Shown here in pieces: positions 7,157-15,278 of a DNA stretch of 23,966 nt; positions within the stretch are counted from its first letter, which is position 1; each line of letters begins with the position of its first letter. Source of the stretch: Nanopusillaceae archaeon (lineage in GTDB: Archaea; Nanobdellota; Nanobdellia; Nanobdellales; Nanobdellaceae); the NCBI GenBank assembly GCA_038735675.1, contig JAVYNJ010000008.1, positions 1 through 23,966 on the forward strand. Reading direction: 5' to 3'. The translations under genes were made by a program, and so were the position numbers. The notes under the pieces were generated by a model. That model ran no database searches. It was not told where the DNA came from and was given only the letters and a program-made list of their open reading frames with translations.

Positions 7157-9149
7157 AGAGCGGACTTACAAGATTCCACAAAATAATTGTAGATAATAAA
7201 GAAAATATTAGAAATAATAAACTAGATTTAAACATATAATCGTACATAATTTTGTATTTTTTTATTTTATCATCCTCATGTTCAACTATAGATAAAATAA
7301 AAACAGATAAATAGGTTATAATTATATTAAATATTCCAACAATAATGTATAATTTTTGTGGCGTTAAAAATCCAGAAACATTAAATAAACTAAAAACATC
7401 TATTATTGCATAGTTTATATACTCATTGAAACTGTATGGATTTTCCATTTGTAATTTTATATTTTTCATAATCACTCCAAGGCTATGCAATATATATAGA
7501 GAAAGAATTGAAACTGCAATAACTACTGCTAAAATAGCTGGTCCTACAAACCTAGATATTACTTTTATTTGAGAAATAGATTCCGCAGTAAGATCTAATA
7601 ATCTTCTCTTAACTTTTTCTATATATTTAAAATATTTAGCTATAAAAATCGCTGTTTTTCCACAGTTTTGCGGAGATACTGATGAACTTTCTATTAACAA
7701 TTCCATAACTGCTTCCAAATATGCTGAAGGATACTTTCTTAAAGCACCTATTCTTCTATCAAAAACTGCCGTTTTAAATGGAATACCCAATTTTAGATTT
7801 TTATGTATGTCTTTCAAAAAATTTTCAATTGGTTTACCTTTAAATCTATCTTTTATTCTTATAATCGCTTCTTCTATAGGAATATTGCTCATTAAAACAT
7901 TTCCTAATGTAAAAGAAAAAGATGATATGTCCTTTTCTATTTTACTTAAATCTATATCTAAATCTCTAAAAGCAAGATAGTAAATAAAATGATATGCTGC
8001 TATTCCTAATCCTATACTAAATACAAATATTCCTGCCAATATTATATTAAACAAACTATAATTAGCTAAGAAATTAAATAAAAATTGAAATATCAAATAG
8101 AGAGTAATGATTACAATTCCAATAGAGGCTACTAATGCTTTTAAATTAATTAATTCTTTTTCTTTTTCTTTCAAACTTAGATAATAATAAAAAGTTCCTT
8201 TAGAAAAGATATTGAAAAAACGATTTTCAATAAATATTTTTATAGAAACGAAAACAAAAATTGGAATAATTACATCTACTAAAACAAATAGTATAAATGG
8301 AGAAAATATTTCAGATAAAAAAACAGAAGCTAAAGGAAAAATTGTTAAAAGTAAAGTCGGAAAGGTAATTCCAAAAACCGATATAATATCTATAACTCCC
8401 TTTAATTCGCGCACATTAACTTCCATATAACTCAATAAAGAATCTAAGGATTCTTCTAATGCTTTATCAACTAATTTTTCTCTTTCCATTTGATTGGGTT
8501 CATAAATAGATGAAATCAAAAATTGCATACCTATAGAAAAAAATGGAGCTTCATCTTCCCAAGATTTTGAATATTTGTCTAAAGCTTCTGCAGCTGAAAA
8601 ATATACTTTATTTATGATATCTCGTATTAAATTTAATATATCTATTTTTATTGGAGGAGATAAATATCTAATTGTAAATAAAAGCGCTTTTTCTAAATTT
8701 GGATTTTCTCTCATTTTTAGAGCTAAAAAAAGTAAAAAAGATATTAACTGTGCTCTTTTTTTATTTCTAGTAGACCTATATAAAATAAAGGGATATTCAC
8801 CAATAAGATAAGATAATAAAATTGAAAAAACAATTAAAATAATTAAAATTAACATATCGAAAATTATAAAAAATATTAATAATGAAACAAACAACATTAA
8901 AATTAAAAAGAAAACTTGAAATGAATATACTTGATTATAAATTATTTTTAAACTCAAATCTTTTTTAATTAACTCAAATTTTTGAATTTTATTTTTATCA
9001 TTAGTTGAAAGTTTCAAAAAATTATATACTTTTGTACATAAAAATTCATAGATCTTCAAAAATTTTCCAAAATATACTTCCTTATATAATTCAAGTTCTC
9101 TTTCTATATCAACATTAGAATAACTCTCTAAAGCCGTTCTTTCAACCAT
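7131..9149 (-). CDS. Type IV filament platform membrane protein (FlaJ/TadC/PilC-like, T2SS-F repeats)
   Basis: 672 aa, polytopic. It has two cytoplasmic helical-bundle regions (for example ...NPNLEKALLFTIRYLSPPI...ALEESLDSLL and ...IEEAIIRIKDRFKGKPIENFLKDIHKNLKLGIPFKTAV...), each followed by clusters of transmembrane segments. Its start overlaps the upstream ATPase gene by 22 nt. Confidence 0.75.
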   Translation of the reverse strand: MVERTALESYSNVDIERELELYKEVYFGKFLKIYEFLCTKVYNFLKLSTNDKNKIQKFELIKKDLSLKIIYNQVYSFQVFFLILMLFVSLLIFFIIFDMLILIILIVFSILLSYLIGEYPFILYRSTRNKKRAQLISFLLFLALKMRENPNLEKALLFTIRYLSPPIKIDILNLIRDIINKVYFSAAEALDKYSKSWEDEAPFFSIGMQFLISSIYEPNQMEREKLVDKALEESLDSLLSYMEVNVRELKGVIDIISVFGITFPTLLLTIFPLASVFLSEIFSPFILFVLVDVIIPIFVFVSIKIFIENRFFNIFSKGTFYYYLSLKEKEKELINLKALVASIGIVIITLYLIFQFLFNFLANYSLFNIILAGIFVFSIGLGIAAYHFIYYLAFRDLDIDLSKIEKDISSFSFTLGNVLMSNIPIEEAIIRIKDRFKGKPIENFLKDIHKNLKLGIPFKTAVFDRRIGALRKYPSAYLEAVMELLIESSSVSPQNCGKTAIFIAKYFKYIEKVKRRLLDLTAESISQIKVISRFVGPAILAVVIAVSILSLYILHSLGVIMKNIKLQMENPYSFNEYINYAIIDVFSLFNVSGFLTPQKLYIIVGIFNIIITYLSVFILSIVEHEDDKIKKYKIMYDYMFKSSLLFLIFSLLSTIILWNLVSPLFIEFSYLF

Positions 9150-11353
9150 TTTTTATATTCATCAACTATATAAGCCATATCTATTTCTCCAAATTTATTT
9201 ATACTTTCATCAATCAGTGAATATGTTTTTTCATTAGAAAGTACAACAAAATCGGCTTCTAAAAGATTTAGCTTTCCAGAATTTAAAGAAAAATCTACCA
9301 AAATTTTTTTAATATTTGCTAACGTTTCAATCATATTCCAAAGTCTTTCCCAAGACTTAGACAAAAATTTTGTTCTAGATGCTATAGATTTTAATACATC
9401 TGAATCTCCATTTAGAAGATCTTTAGTTATTTGTAATTCATCTTTATCCGAATCGTATACCATTAAATCTACAAATCCTTTTTCTCTTATTGGATCTTCA
9501 TTCCAATGTTTTCTAACTTCTGTTAATCTTAGAACTCTCCTATACTTTTTTAATCCGGAAGGACTTTTAATTGGATTTACCATAACAATAATATCGGTTG
9601 CTTTAAATGACGTTTTAGGAGTTCCCAAATCATTAACTACTCTATCATAAACCCCATAAGGGCTTTCAGCATGAATAGTACCTAAAACTGCATTAGATAA
9701 AGCTCCAACTCTCATAGCTTCATATAAAACTTGAGCTTCTCTAGATCTAACCTCTCCCAAAACTATAGCAGAATCTCCTAATCTTAAAGATGCTCTCAAT
9801 CCACTTTCTGCATCTAATTCTGAAGACTGTAATGAAAAAGGACTTTTAACTTTTAAAGATAAAACATCATATCCTAATTTTTTTAAATATACAACTGGAA
9901 TTTCCAAAGTATCTTCTATAGTAATTATTCTCACTTTTCTAGGCAATTCTAATAATAAAGAAGTTAATAAAGAAGTTTTTCCACTTCCTCTAGTACCTGC
10001 GATTAAAATTGTTCTACCATTATAAACTAAAAAGGACAAAAGCGCAGCAGCTAAGGAGGAAATAGTTTTATTAAGAATAAAAAGGGGTAAGGTCCATGGT
10101 TTTTCTCTATGTCTTCTAAATACATAAGATAAACCATGAGAACTAAGCGGTTTATTTATTCCAGCTACTCTTAATCTAATGCCATCAAACTCTATCTCTG
10201 TATCAATTATGGGATTTGCCTCATCAAAAGGTCTTCCAGATAATAATCTTAGTTTTGTTGCCCAGGATTCCAATTCTCTCTTTGTAGGTATTACATTTGT
10301 AACACAAAGATCATAGTCTGCGTGTAATATAGTAATAGGAGTCATTCCAGCTGGAGGATTAACATATATATCTATTATTCTATCATCTAAAGCAATTTTT
10401 TCAATTATTCCAAAACCTATTGTATATCTAATTAATATATTTTTTAATATTTTTAATCTGTCTCTAGAGATTTCTTTATTTTTTAATAAACTTAGTAGAA
10501 TATTTTCAGCTATTTTTTCATAAATATCACGAAGTTTTTCGGGATATAGATAATCTGAAGCGCTAGGTTGATATTTTATTAGTATATCTCTTGCTTGATT
10601 TAAAATAGATATTTCATCAGAAGTTAGTTTATATTCTGTAGAATATATATAATACCTATAAAAGGCCTCGTTTTTATTTTTAAAGATCACTACTTCTGTA
10701 TCCTTATCCAAATTATAACTTTCTACTATTTCTGAGTCTGAATCAATTTTAAGTATCTGTTTCAAAAATACGAATTTTGGTTTTATATCAGAAACAAATA
10801 ATCTTTTATATATATCTCTTTGTCCTTTATACCCTATTAAAAAATCTTTAATTATCTTATAAACTTTAGAATTCTCAAATTGTGATATAAAAAAAGATAA
10901 AAGCTCTAATAATGGCTGAGAAAAAATAGAAATTTCTCTATTTTTTTCAGATAATATTTTTATTTTTCTAAATAATCTTTTAAGATCGACATAAACTTTA
11001 ATAGGGTGCTTAAGAAATTCTTTCTCAATTAAAGTAATAACTCTTTGGTATTCAAAATAAAAAGGAGTAGATTTAATAAGAAATTCATAATATTTTGGTG
11101 TTATATCTCTGAATTTTATATATAAATTTGAAAATTCTTTTAAATAATCAACAGAAAGACCGTAATATGATATTATTTCTTCTTGTTCTATTTCTATAGA
11201 TGTAATTCTTGGATCCTCTATAAGTTTTGAAATTACAAAACCCATTATTTCTGGATCTTCCTCAATAGTAGCTAAATAGGGATATCTTTGAGCATCAATT
11301 TTTAGAATTCTGTCATTTCCTTCTATTTCAATAGAATAGGGTAAAGTTTCCAT
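9128..11353 (-). CDS. Type II/IV secretion family ATPase (FlaI/PilB/VirB11-like) with long N- and C-terminal extensions
   Basis: 741 aa. Motifs are Walker A GTRGSGKTS (residues 453-461, nt 9971-9997), Asp box RIITIEDTLEI, Walker B-like DSAIVLGEVR and His box LGTIHAE. Upstream is GFGIIEKIALDDRIIDIYVNPP, typical of the N-terminal domain of these ATPases. Confidence 0.9.
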   Translation of the reverse strand: METLPYSIEIEGNDRILKIDAQRYPYLATIEEDPEIMGFVISKLIEDPRITSIEIEQEEIISYYGLSVDYLKEFSNLYIKFRDITPKYYEFLIKSTPFYFEYQRVITLIEKEFLKHPIKVYVDLKRLFRKIKILSEKNREISIFSQPLLELLSFFISQFENSKVYKIIKDFLIGYKGQRDIYKRLFVSDIKPKFVFLKQILKIDSDSEIVESYNLDKDTEVVIFKNKNEAFYRYYIYSTEYKLTSDEISILNQARDILIKYQPSASDYLYPEKLRDIYEKIAENILLSLLKNKEISRDRLKILKNILIRYTIGFGIIEKIALDDRIIDIYVNPPAGMTPITILHADYDLCVTNVIPTKRELESWATKLRLLSGRPFDEANPIIDTEIEFDGIRLRVAGINKPLSSHGLSYVFRRHREKPWTLPLFILNKTISSLAAALLSFLVYNGRTILIAGTRGSGKTSLLTSLLLELPRKVRIITIEDTLEIPVVYLKKLGYDVLSLKVKSPFSLQSSELDAESGLRASLRLGDSAIVLGEVRSREAQVLYEAMRVGALSNAVLGTIHAESPYGVYDRVVNDLGTPKTSFKATDIIVMVNPIKSPSGLKKYRRVLRLTEVRKHWNEDPIREKGFVDLMVYDSDKDELQITKDLLNGDSDVLKSIASRTKFLSKSWERLWNMIETLANIKKILVDFSLNSGKLNLLEADFVVLSNEKTYSLIDESINKFGEIDMAYIVDEYKKWLKERL

Positions 11354-11446
11354 AATATTACTTTATTAATACTTTCAGATATAAAAAATATACTTTTGCT
11401 AGCAATTATAAAAGATTTTTATTTACTAGAATTTTTAATATCTTTT

Positions 11447-11818
11447 ATGATAGATCCTAATATTGATAAAAAAATAAAAATTATCGAAAATCGTTTATCA
11501 ATAGTTGAAAATGTTTTAAGTTCAATAAAAAATACCAATGAAAATAGAATAAATGCTATTGAAAATAAAATAAACGAGATATCTGAAGAAATAGCAAATT
11601 TAAAAAATCAAATCGCAACTATAGATTTAAAAATAAGAGCTATAATTGATCAATTGCCTCTATTTGCTCCTATGGAGAGATTAAAAGCGATAGAAAAATA
11701 TATTGATATTATAGATCCATTTTCTTATTTAACTAAAAAAGAAGCTGAAAGATTAATAGAAAAAAAATTCAGAGAAATGATTAAAGAATTAAATATTATG
11801 AAAGATAAAGATATATAA
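11447..11818 (+). CDS. Coiled-coil protein, possibly FlaC/D/E-like
   Basis: The track ORF starts at a TTG (11396). The first ATG (11447) gives MIDPNIDKK..., with the same first codons (ATGATAGATC) as the next gene. The heptad-rich IIENRLSIVENVLSSIKNTNENRINAIENKINEISEEIANLKNQI resembles, from memory, the FlaC_arch coiled-coil pattern. Confidence 0.5.
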   Translation: MIDPNIDKKIKIIENRLSIVENVLSSIKNTNENRINAIENKINEISEEIANLKNQIATIDLKIRAIIDQLPLFAPMERLKAIEKYIDIIDPFSYLTKKEAERLIEKKFREMIKELNIMKDKDI

Positions 11819-11843
11819 ATTGTTAAAAATATAATAAATTGTT

Positions 11844-12461
11844 ATGATAGATCTGTTTAAATTCAAAAAAAAGGAAAGTAAAGACGAATCAGTAGAAAAT
11901 ATAGGACAATATGCTAGTTTAAATCAAAACATTCCTGTTAAAAATTTAGAATATAATCAACTTAGCCATAACTATTCTATGCAACAAAACAGACCATTTT
12001 ATCCGGAAGAAGACATAAGAACTCAATTTCAAAATATTTATGAAAATGTAAGAAGACCTATCGAAACTCGCGAAATTTATAATCAACCTGAGAAAATCGA
12101 TTATAGCTATGATTGGGAATCTTATATACAAGGAATAGTCGAAGATATTCTAAAAGATAAATTTTCAACCATAAATAACTTTTTTTCTGAGATAAAAGTT
12201 TGGAGAGAAAAATTAGAAATGGAAATTTCAAAAATAAACGAGAAGATAAGAGATATTGAAAATAGAATAAATGGAATGTATGAAATACTAGCTAAAAAGA
12301 TAGATGAATACGATAAAGGAATAAAAGAAGCTACCGTTGAAGTAGAAGCATTACACAGATTAATAAGAACTATGGTTCCTGCTATATCTGAATCCACTAA
12401 AGAGCTAAAAGAAACAATAGAAGAAATAAAACAACTAAGAGATCAATTAAAAAAGGTATAA
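11844..12461 (+). CDS. Coiled-coil protein with basic N-terminal motif and Q/N/Y-rich linker
   Basis: 205 aa. It has an MIDLFKFKKKESKD N-terminus and about 90 aa of low-complexity N/Q/Y/E-rich sequence. The C-terminal 100 aa are strongly heptad-patterned (EKLEMEISKINEKIRDIENRINGMYEILAKKIDEYDKGIKEATVEVEAL...KELKETIEEIKQLRDQLKK). Confidence 0.55.
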   Translation: MIDLFKFKKKESKDESVENIGQYASLNQNIPVKNLEYNQLSHNYSMQQNRPFYPEEDIRTQFQNIYENVRRPIETREIYNQPEKIDYSYDWESYIQGIVEDILKDKFSTINNFFSEIKVWREKLEMEISKINEKIRDIENRINGMYEILAKKIDEYDKGIKEATVEVEALHRLIRTMVPAISESTKELKETIEEIKQLRDQLKKV

Positions 12462-12475
12462 ATTTAATAAATTAA

Positions 12476-12817
12476 ATGGAGAAAAAATTAATTTTTTTGA
12501 TATTGTCTCTATCTATCTTTTCCTTAATTATTATCTTTCCTAGATTTTATGAAAAAGAAGAAAACAAAATTATAAACTCAAGAGAAATAATTGATGCCAG
12601 AAACCTATGTATTGCATTATGTGAGTATGTTAAAAGCAATATCACCGAGGAGAGTGTTTGCTTATCTGATAAAGATACTATAACTGGCGTCTATTGGAAA
12701 TACAAAGATATTTCATGTTTCGTTAGTGAAAAAGACAATCCTTGCATAGAAAAAGGAAAAATAGAAATTATTTTAGATTTAAATTGTAATTATAAAGAAT
12801 ACAGAGAAATAAAATAG
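12476..12817 (+). CDS. Small N-terminally anchored or secreted Cys-rich protein
   Basis: 113 aa. MEKK is followed by a 20-residue hydrophobic segment, then a soluble domain with six Cys and an N-I-T sequon. Confidence 0.5.
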   Translation: MEKKLIFLILSLSIFSLIIIFPRFYEKEENKIINSREIIDARNLCIALCEYVKSNITEESVCLSDKDTITGVYWKYKDISCFVSEKDNPCIEKGKIEIILDLNCNYKEYREIK

Positions 12818-12824
12818 CTAGATA

Positions 12825-13550
12825 ATGATTATAGTAGATTCTCACGTTCATCTATATGAATTTTCAGATTCTGAAATAAAATCGATCCTAAAAAACAATA
12901 AAATCGTCTTAATTTCTGTAGCAGAAGATTTTATAACTTCATTAAAAAACATTAAATTATCTATTATTTATGAAAATGTAATTCCAGCTATAGGAATACA
13001 TCCTTGGAAAGCGGGAGAAACTAAAAAAGAAGATTTAGAAGCTTTTAAAAATTTATTTAATAGAGAAAATATCAGAATTATTGGAGAAATAGGATTAGAT
13101 AAAAATTTTTATCCAAATACAATAGAAAAACAAAAAGAAATCTTTGAATTTTTTTTAAATTATGCTAAAGAGTATCAAATTCCCGTCAATTTGCATTCTT
13201 CGGGAGCTTGGAAAGAAGTATTTGATTATGTCTTAAAATATGATATTAAAAAAGCATATTTTCACTGGTATACTGGACCAAAAGAACTAATGGAAGAAAT
13301 AGTTAAAATTGGCTATTTTATTGGAATAAATGTTGCAGCGATTATTCAAGAAAAACAAAAAGAGATAATTAAAAATGTAAAAATTGAAAATTTATTAACA
13401 GAATCTGATGGATTGTATCGCTATAAATCTCTTATTTTACATCCAAATAAATTATTAGAACTTTATAATTACGTATCAAATTTAAAAAATATCAAAATTA
13501 CAGATCTTAGTAATCAAATAAGAAATAACCTATCCAGATATATTTATTAA
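12825..13550 (+). CDS. tatD: TatD-family metal-dependent hydrolase/DNase
   Basis: 241 aa. Motifs are IVDSHVHL (HxH), IGEIGLD, VNLHS, FHWYTG and TESDG, the TatD metal-ligand series. Confidence 0.85.
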   Translation: MIIVDSHVHLYEFSDSEIKSILKNNKIVLISVAEDFITSLKNIKLSIIYENVIPAIGIHPWKAGETKKEDLEAFKNLFNRENIRIIGEIGLDKNFYPNTIEKQKEIFEFFLNYAKEYQIPVNLHSSGAWKEVFDYVLKYDIKKAYFHWYTGPKELMEEIVKIGYFIGINVAAIIQEKQKEIIKNVKIENLLTESDGLYRYKSLILHPNKLLELYNYVSNLKNIKITDLSNQIRNNLSRYIY

Positions 13551-13558
13551 AATTTTAA

Positions 13559-13575
13559 TTTAACATTATGTTAAA
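13559..13575. promoter_or_regulatory. Perfect 17-bp palindrome TTTAACAT-T-ATGTTAAA upstream of tfe
   Basis: Read directly from the sequence. It lies 9 bp after the TatD stop, in the largest non-coding gap of the window (13551-13689). Confidence 0.3.
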
Positions 13576-13689
13576 CAGAGTTAATTCGACATTAATTTTT
13601 AAAATATTACTTTTAACGTTATATTACAGTTGTTTAATATTATGAAAAACAACAATGTTTAAAAATACCAGAAACTCTTATATATCATT

Positions 13690-14187
13690 ATGTCCTGGAT
13701 ACTGCAACCTGAGACAAAAACTATAATTGATATAATCGCTAATAGCGAAAATTTCTCTGAAAGAGCAATAAGAAAACAAACTAAAATTAAAGAAAATGAA
13801 ATAAGAAAACTACTCTATAAGCTTGAAGATTTAGGAATAGTAGTACCTTTAGGAACCATAACTTTAAAGGATGGAAAATACGATTTTAAGTGGAAAACAA
13901 AAATAAATGACGTTAAAAAAATATATAAAATATTAGTTGAAAATGAATTAAAAAACATAAATAAAGTTTTAGAGACTTTACCAGATAAAATATATTTTTG
14001 CACTGATTGTAGAAGTACTTATGATTTTGACACTGCTTTTGAGAATAATTTTCATTGTAAAGAATGTGGAGAATTATTAATAGAAAGAAGAAACCATAAA
14101 AAGGAGGAACTTGAAGATTTAAAAAATAAATTACTAGAATTGTTAGAAGAGACTAATAAAGTAAAGAAAATAAAGGCTAAACAATGA
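13690..14187 (+). CDS. tfe: Transcription factor E alpha subunit (TFE/TFIIE-alpha homologue)
   Basis: 165 aa. It has an N-terminal winged-helix region (...IRKLLYKLEDLGIV...) followed by the zinc ribbon CTDCRSTYDFDTAFENNFHCKECG and an acidic/basic tail. Confidence 0.8.
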   Translation: MSWILQPETKTIIDIIANSENFSERAIRKQTKIKENEIRKLLYKLEDLGIVVPLGTITLKDGKYDFKWKTKINDVKKIYKILVENELKNINKVLETLPDKIYFCTDCRSTYDFDTAFENNFHCKECGELLIERRNHKKEELEDLKNKLLELLEETNKVKKIKAKQ

Positions 14188-14579
14188 ATTCTTGTATTTT
14201 TTGTAAAATAATTAATAAGGAAATAAAATCTTATATTTTATATGAAGATTCTTATTCTATTGCTTTTTTAGACATAAATCCCATTTCAGAAGGACATGTT
14301 TTATTTGTACCAAAAAAACACTACACAAGGTTAACAGAAATTCCCGAAAAGGAAAGAGAAAGTTTTTTTAATAGTTTTATGACTTTCTTAAGTAAATTTG
14401 AAGAAAAAATTTCAAAGAATTACAATATTATAAATAATAGCGGTAAACTTGCTCAACAAGAAATCGAACATTTACATATACATATTATACCTAGATATGG
14501 AAAAGAAGGTGTTTTTTTATGGAATACTCACAAATTAACGGAAGAAGAAGCAAACAAAATTATTAAGAAATTCTTATAA
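14184..14579 (+). CDS. HIT-family (histidine triad) nucleotide hydrolase/transferase
   Basis: 131 aa. Motifs are CIFCKII, DINPISEGHVLFVPKKH and the histidine triad HLHIHIIPR. Its ATG overlaps the tfe stop (ATGA). Confidence 0.9.
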   Translation: MNSCIFCKIINKEIKSYILYEDSYSIAFLDINPISEGHVLFVPKKHYTRLTEIPEKERESFFNSFMTFLSKFEEKISKNYNIINNSGKLAQQEIEHLHIHIIPRYGKEGVFLWNTHKLTEEEANKIIKKFL

Positions 14580-15278
14580 TAATTCTTCCTCTTCATTTTG
14601 CTCAATAATACCATGTTCAACTATTTTAAATTTTATATATCTATTTTCAGGTAAATATCTATGTTTTTTTAATATAGCCATTCTAACACCATTTTGTAAA
14701 ATTTTAAGTTCTATGAGGCATTTTGACCAGTATTTTATCAGATCTCCCCCTACTATTTCTACCTTCTCTCTATCGTTAAAAGGAGAATATACCTGATTTG
14801 TTACTAAAATTGGAACATTATATTTTCTAGCTATTTCTGAAAGAATTTGCAATTGTCTTGCTAATTCTATATTTACTTCTTTTACCTCCTGATCTCCTCT
14901 CTCCAATCTATATAACATTGATATAGAATCTATAACAATTAAACCGACTTCAAAACTTCTATCCCTTACATATTTATAAACCTGAAAAATATCTCTTTTT
15001 TGCTCTTGAAAATTAATTGGTTTAAAAAAAATTATATTTCTTAATACAAATTCAAAATTATCTTTAGCTATTTGCCTAATTCTCTCAAAAGATACTCCGC
15101 CTTCCGTATCAATAAACACAACTTTTTTCCCAATTAATACAGAATTTATCGCCGTTATAAGCGCTATATTTGTTTTACCAGAAGAAGAAGGACCATATAT
15201 AGCAGTTATTATATCATCATCTAAACCACCATCTAATAATTTATCAATAGGTATTATTCCTGTAGATACTTTACTCAT
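14574..15278 (-). CDS. radB: RadB recombinase paralogue (RecA/RadA superfamily, no N-terminal HhH domain)
   Basis: 234 aa. Contains STGIIPIDKLLDGGLDDDIITAIYGPSSSGKTNIAL (Walker A), VVFIDTEGGVSFERIRQIA and LIVIDSI (Walker B). Confidence 0.85.
   Translation of the reverse strand: MSKVSTGIIPIDKLLDGGLDDDIITAIYGPSSSGKTNIALITAINSVLIGKKVVFIDTEGGVSFERIRQIAKDNFEFVLRNIIFFKPINFQEQKRDIFQVYKYVRDRSFEVGLIVIDSISMLYRLERGDQEVKEVNIELARQLQILSEIARKYNVPILVTNQVYSPFNDREKVEIVGGDLIKYWSKCLIELKILQNGVRMAILKKHRYLPENRYIKFKIVEHGIIEQNEEEELL

Noticed and set aside
11396-11446. A TTG-initiated 17-codon N-terminal extension of the first coiled-coil ORF.
   Set aside because: The start is a non-ATG codon only 42 nt from the divergent ATPase start. 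The downstream ATG at 11447 begins with the same 10 nt (ATGATAGATC) as the neighbouring paralogue, which favours the shorter form.
12476-12817. The Cys-rich protein, or the 87-aa membrane protein at 4561-4824, as type IV pilins.
   Set aside because: Neither has the short basic leader followed by [KR]-[GA] and a hydrophobic helix that defines class III signal peptides.
13559-13575. The palindrome as an intrinsic hairpin terminator for tatD.
   Set aside because: A 1-nt spacer cannot form a hairpin loop, the stem would be all A/T apart from one G:C pair, and archaeal termination relies on oligo-T rather than hairpins. An operator-like site is the more natural reading.
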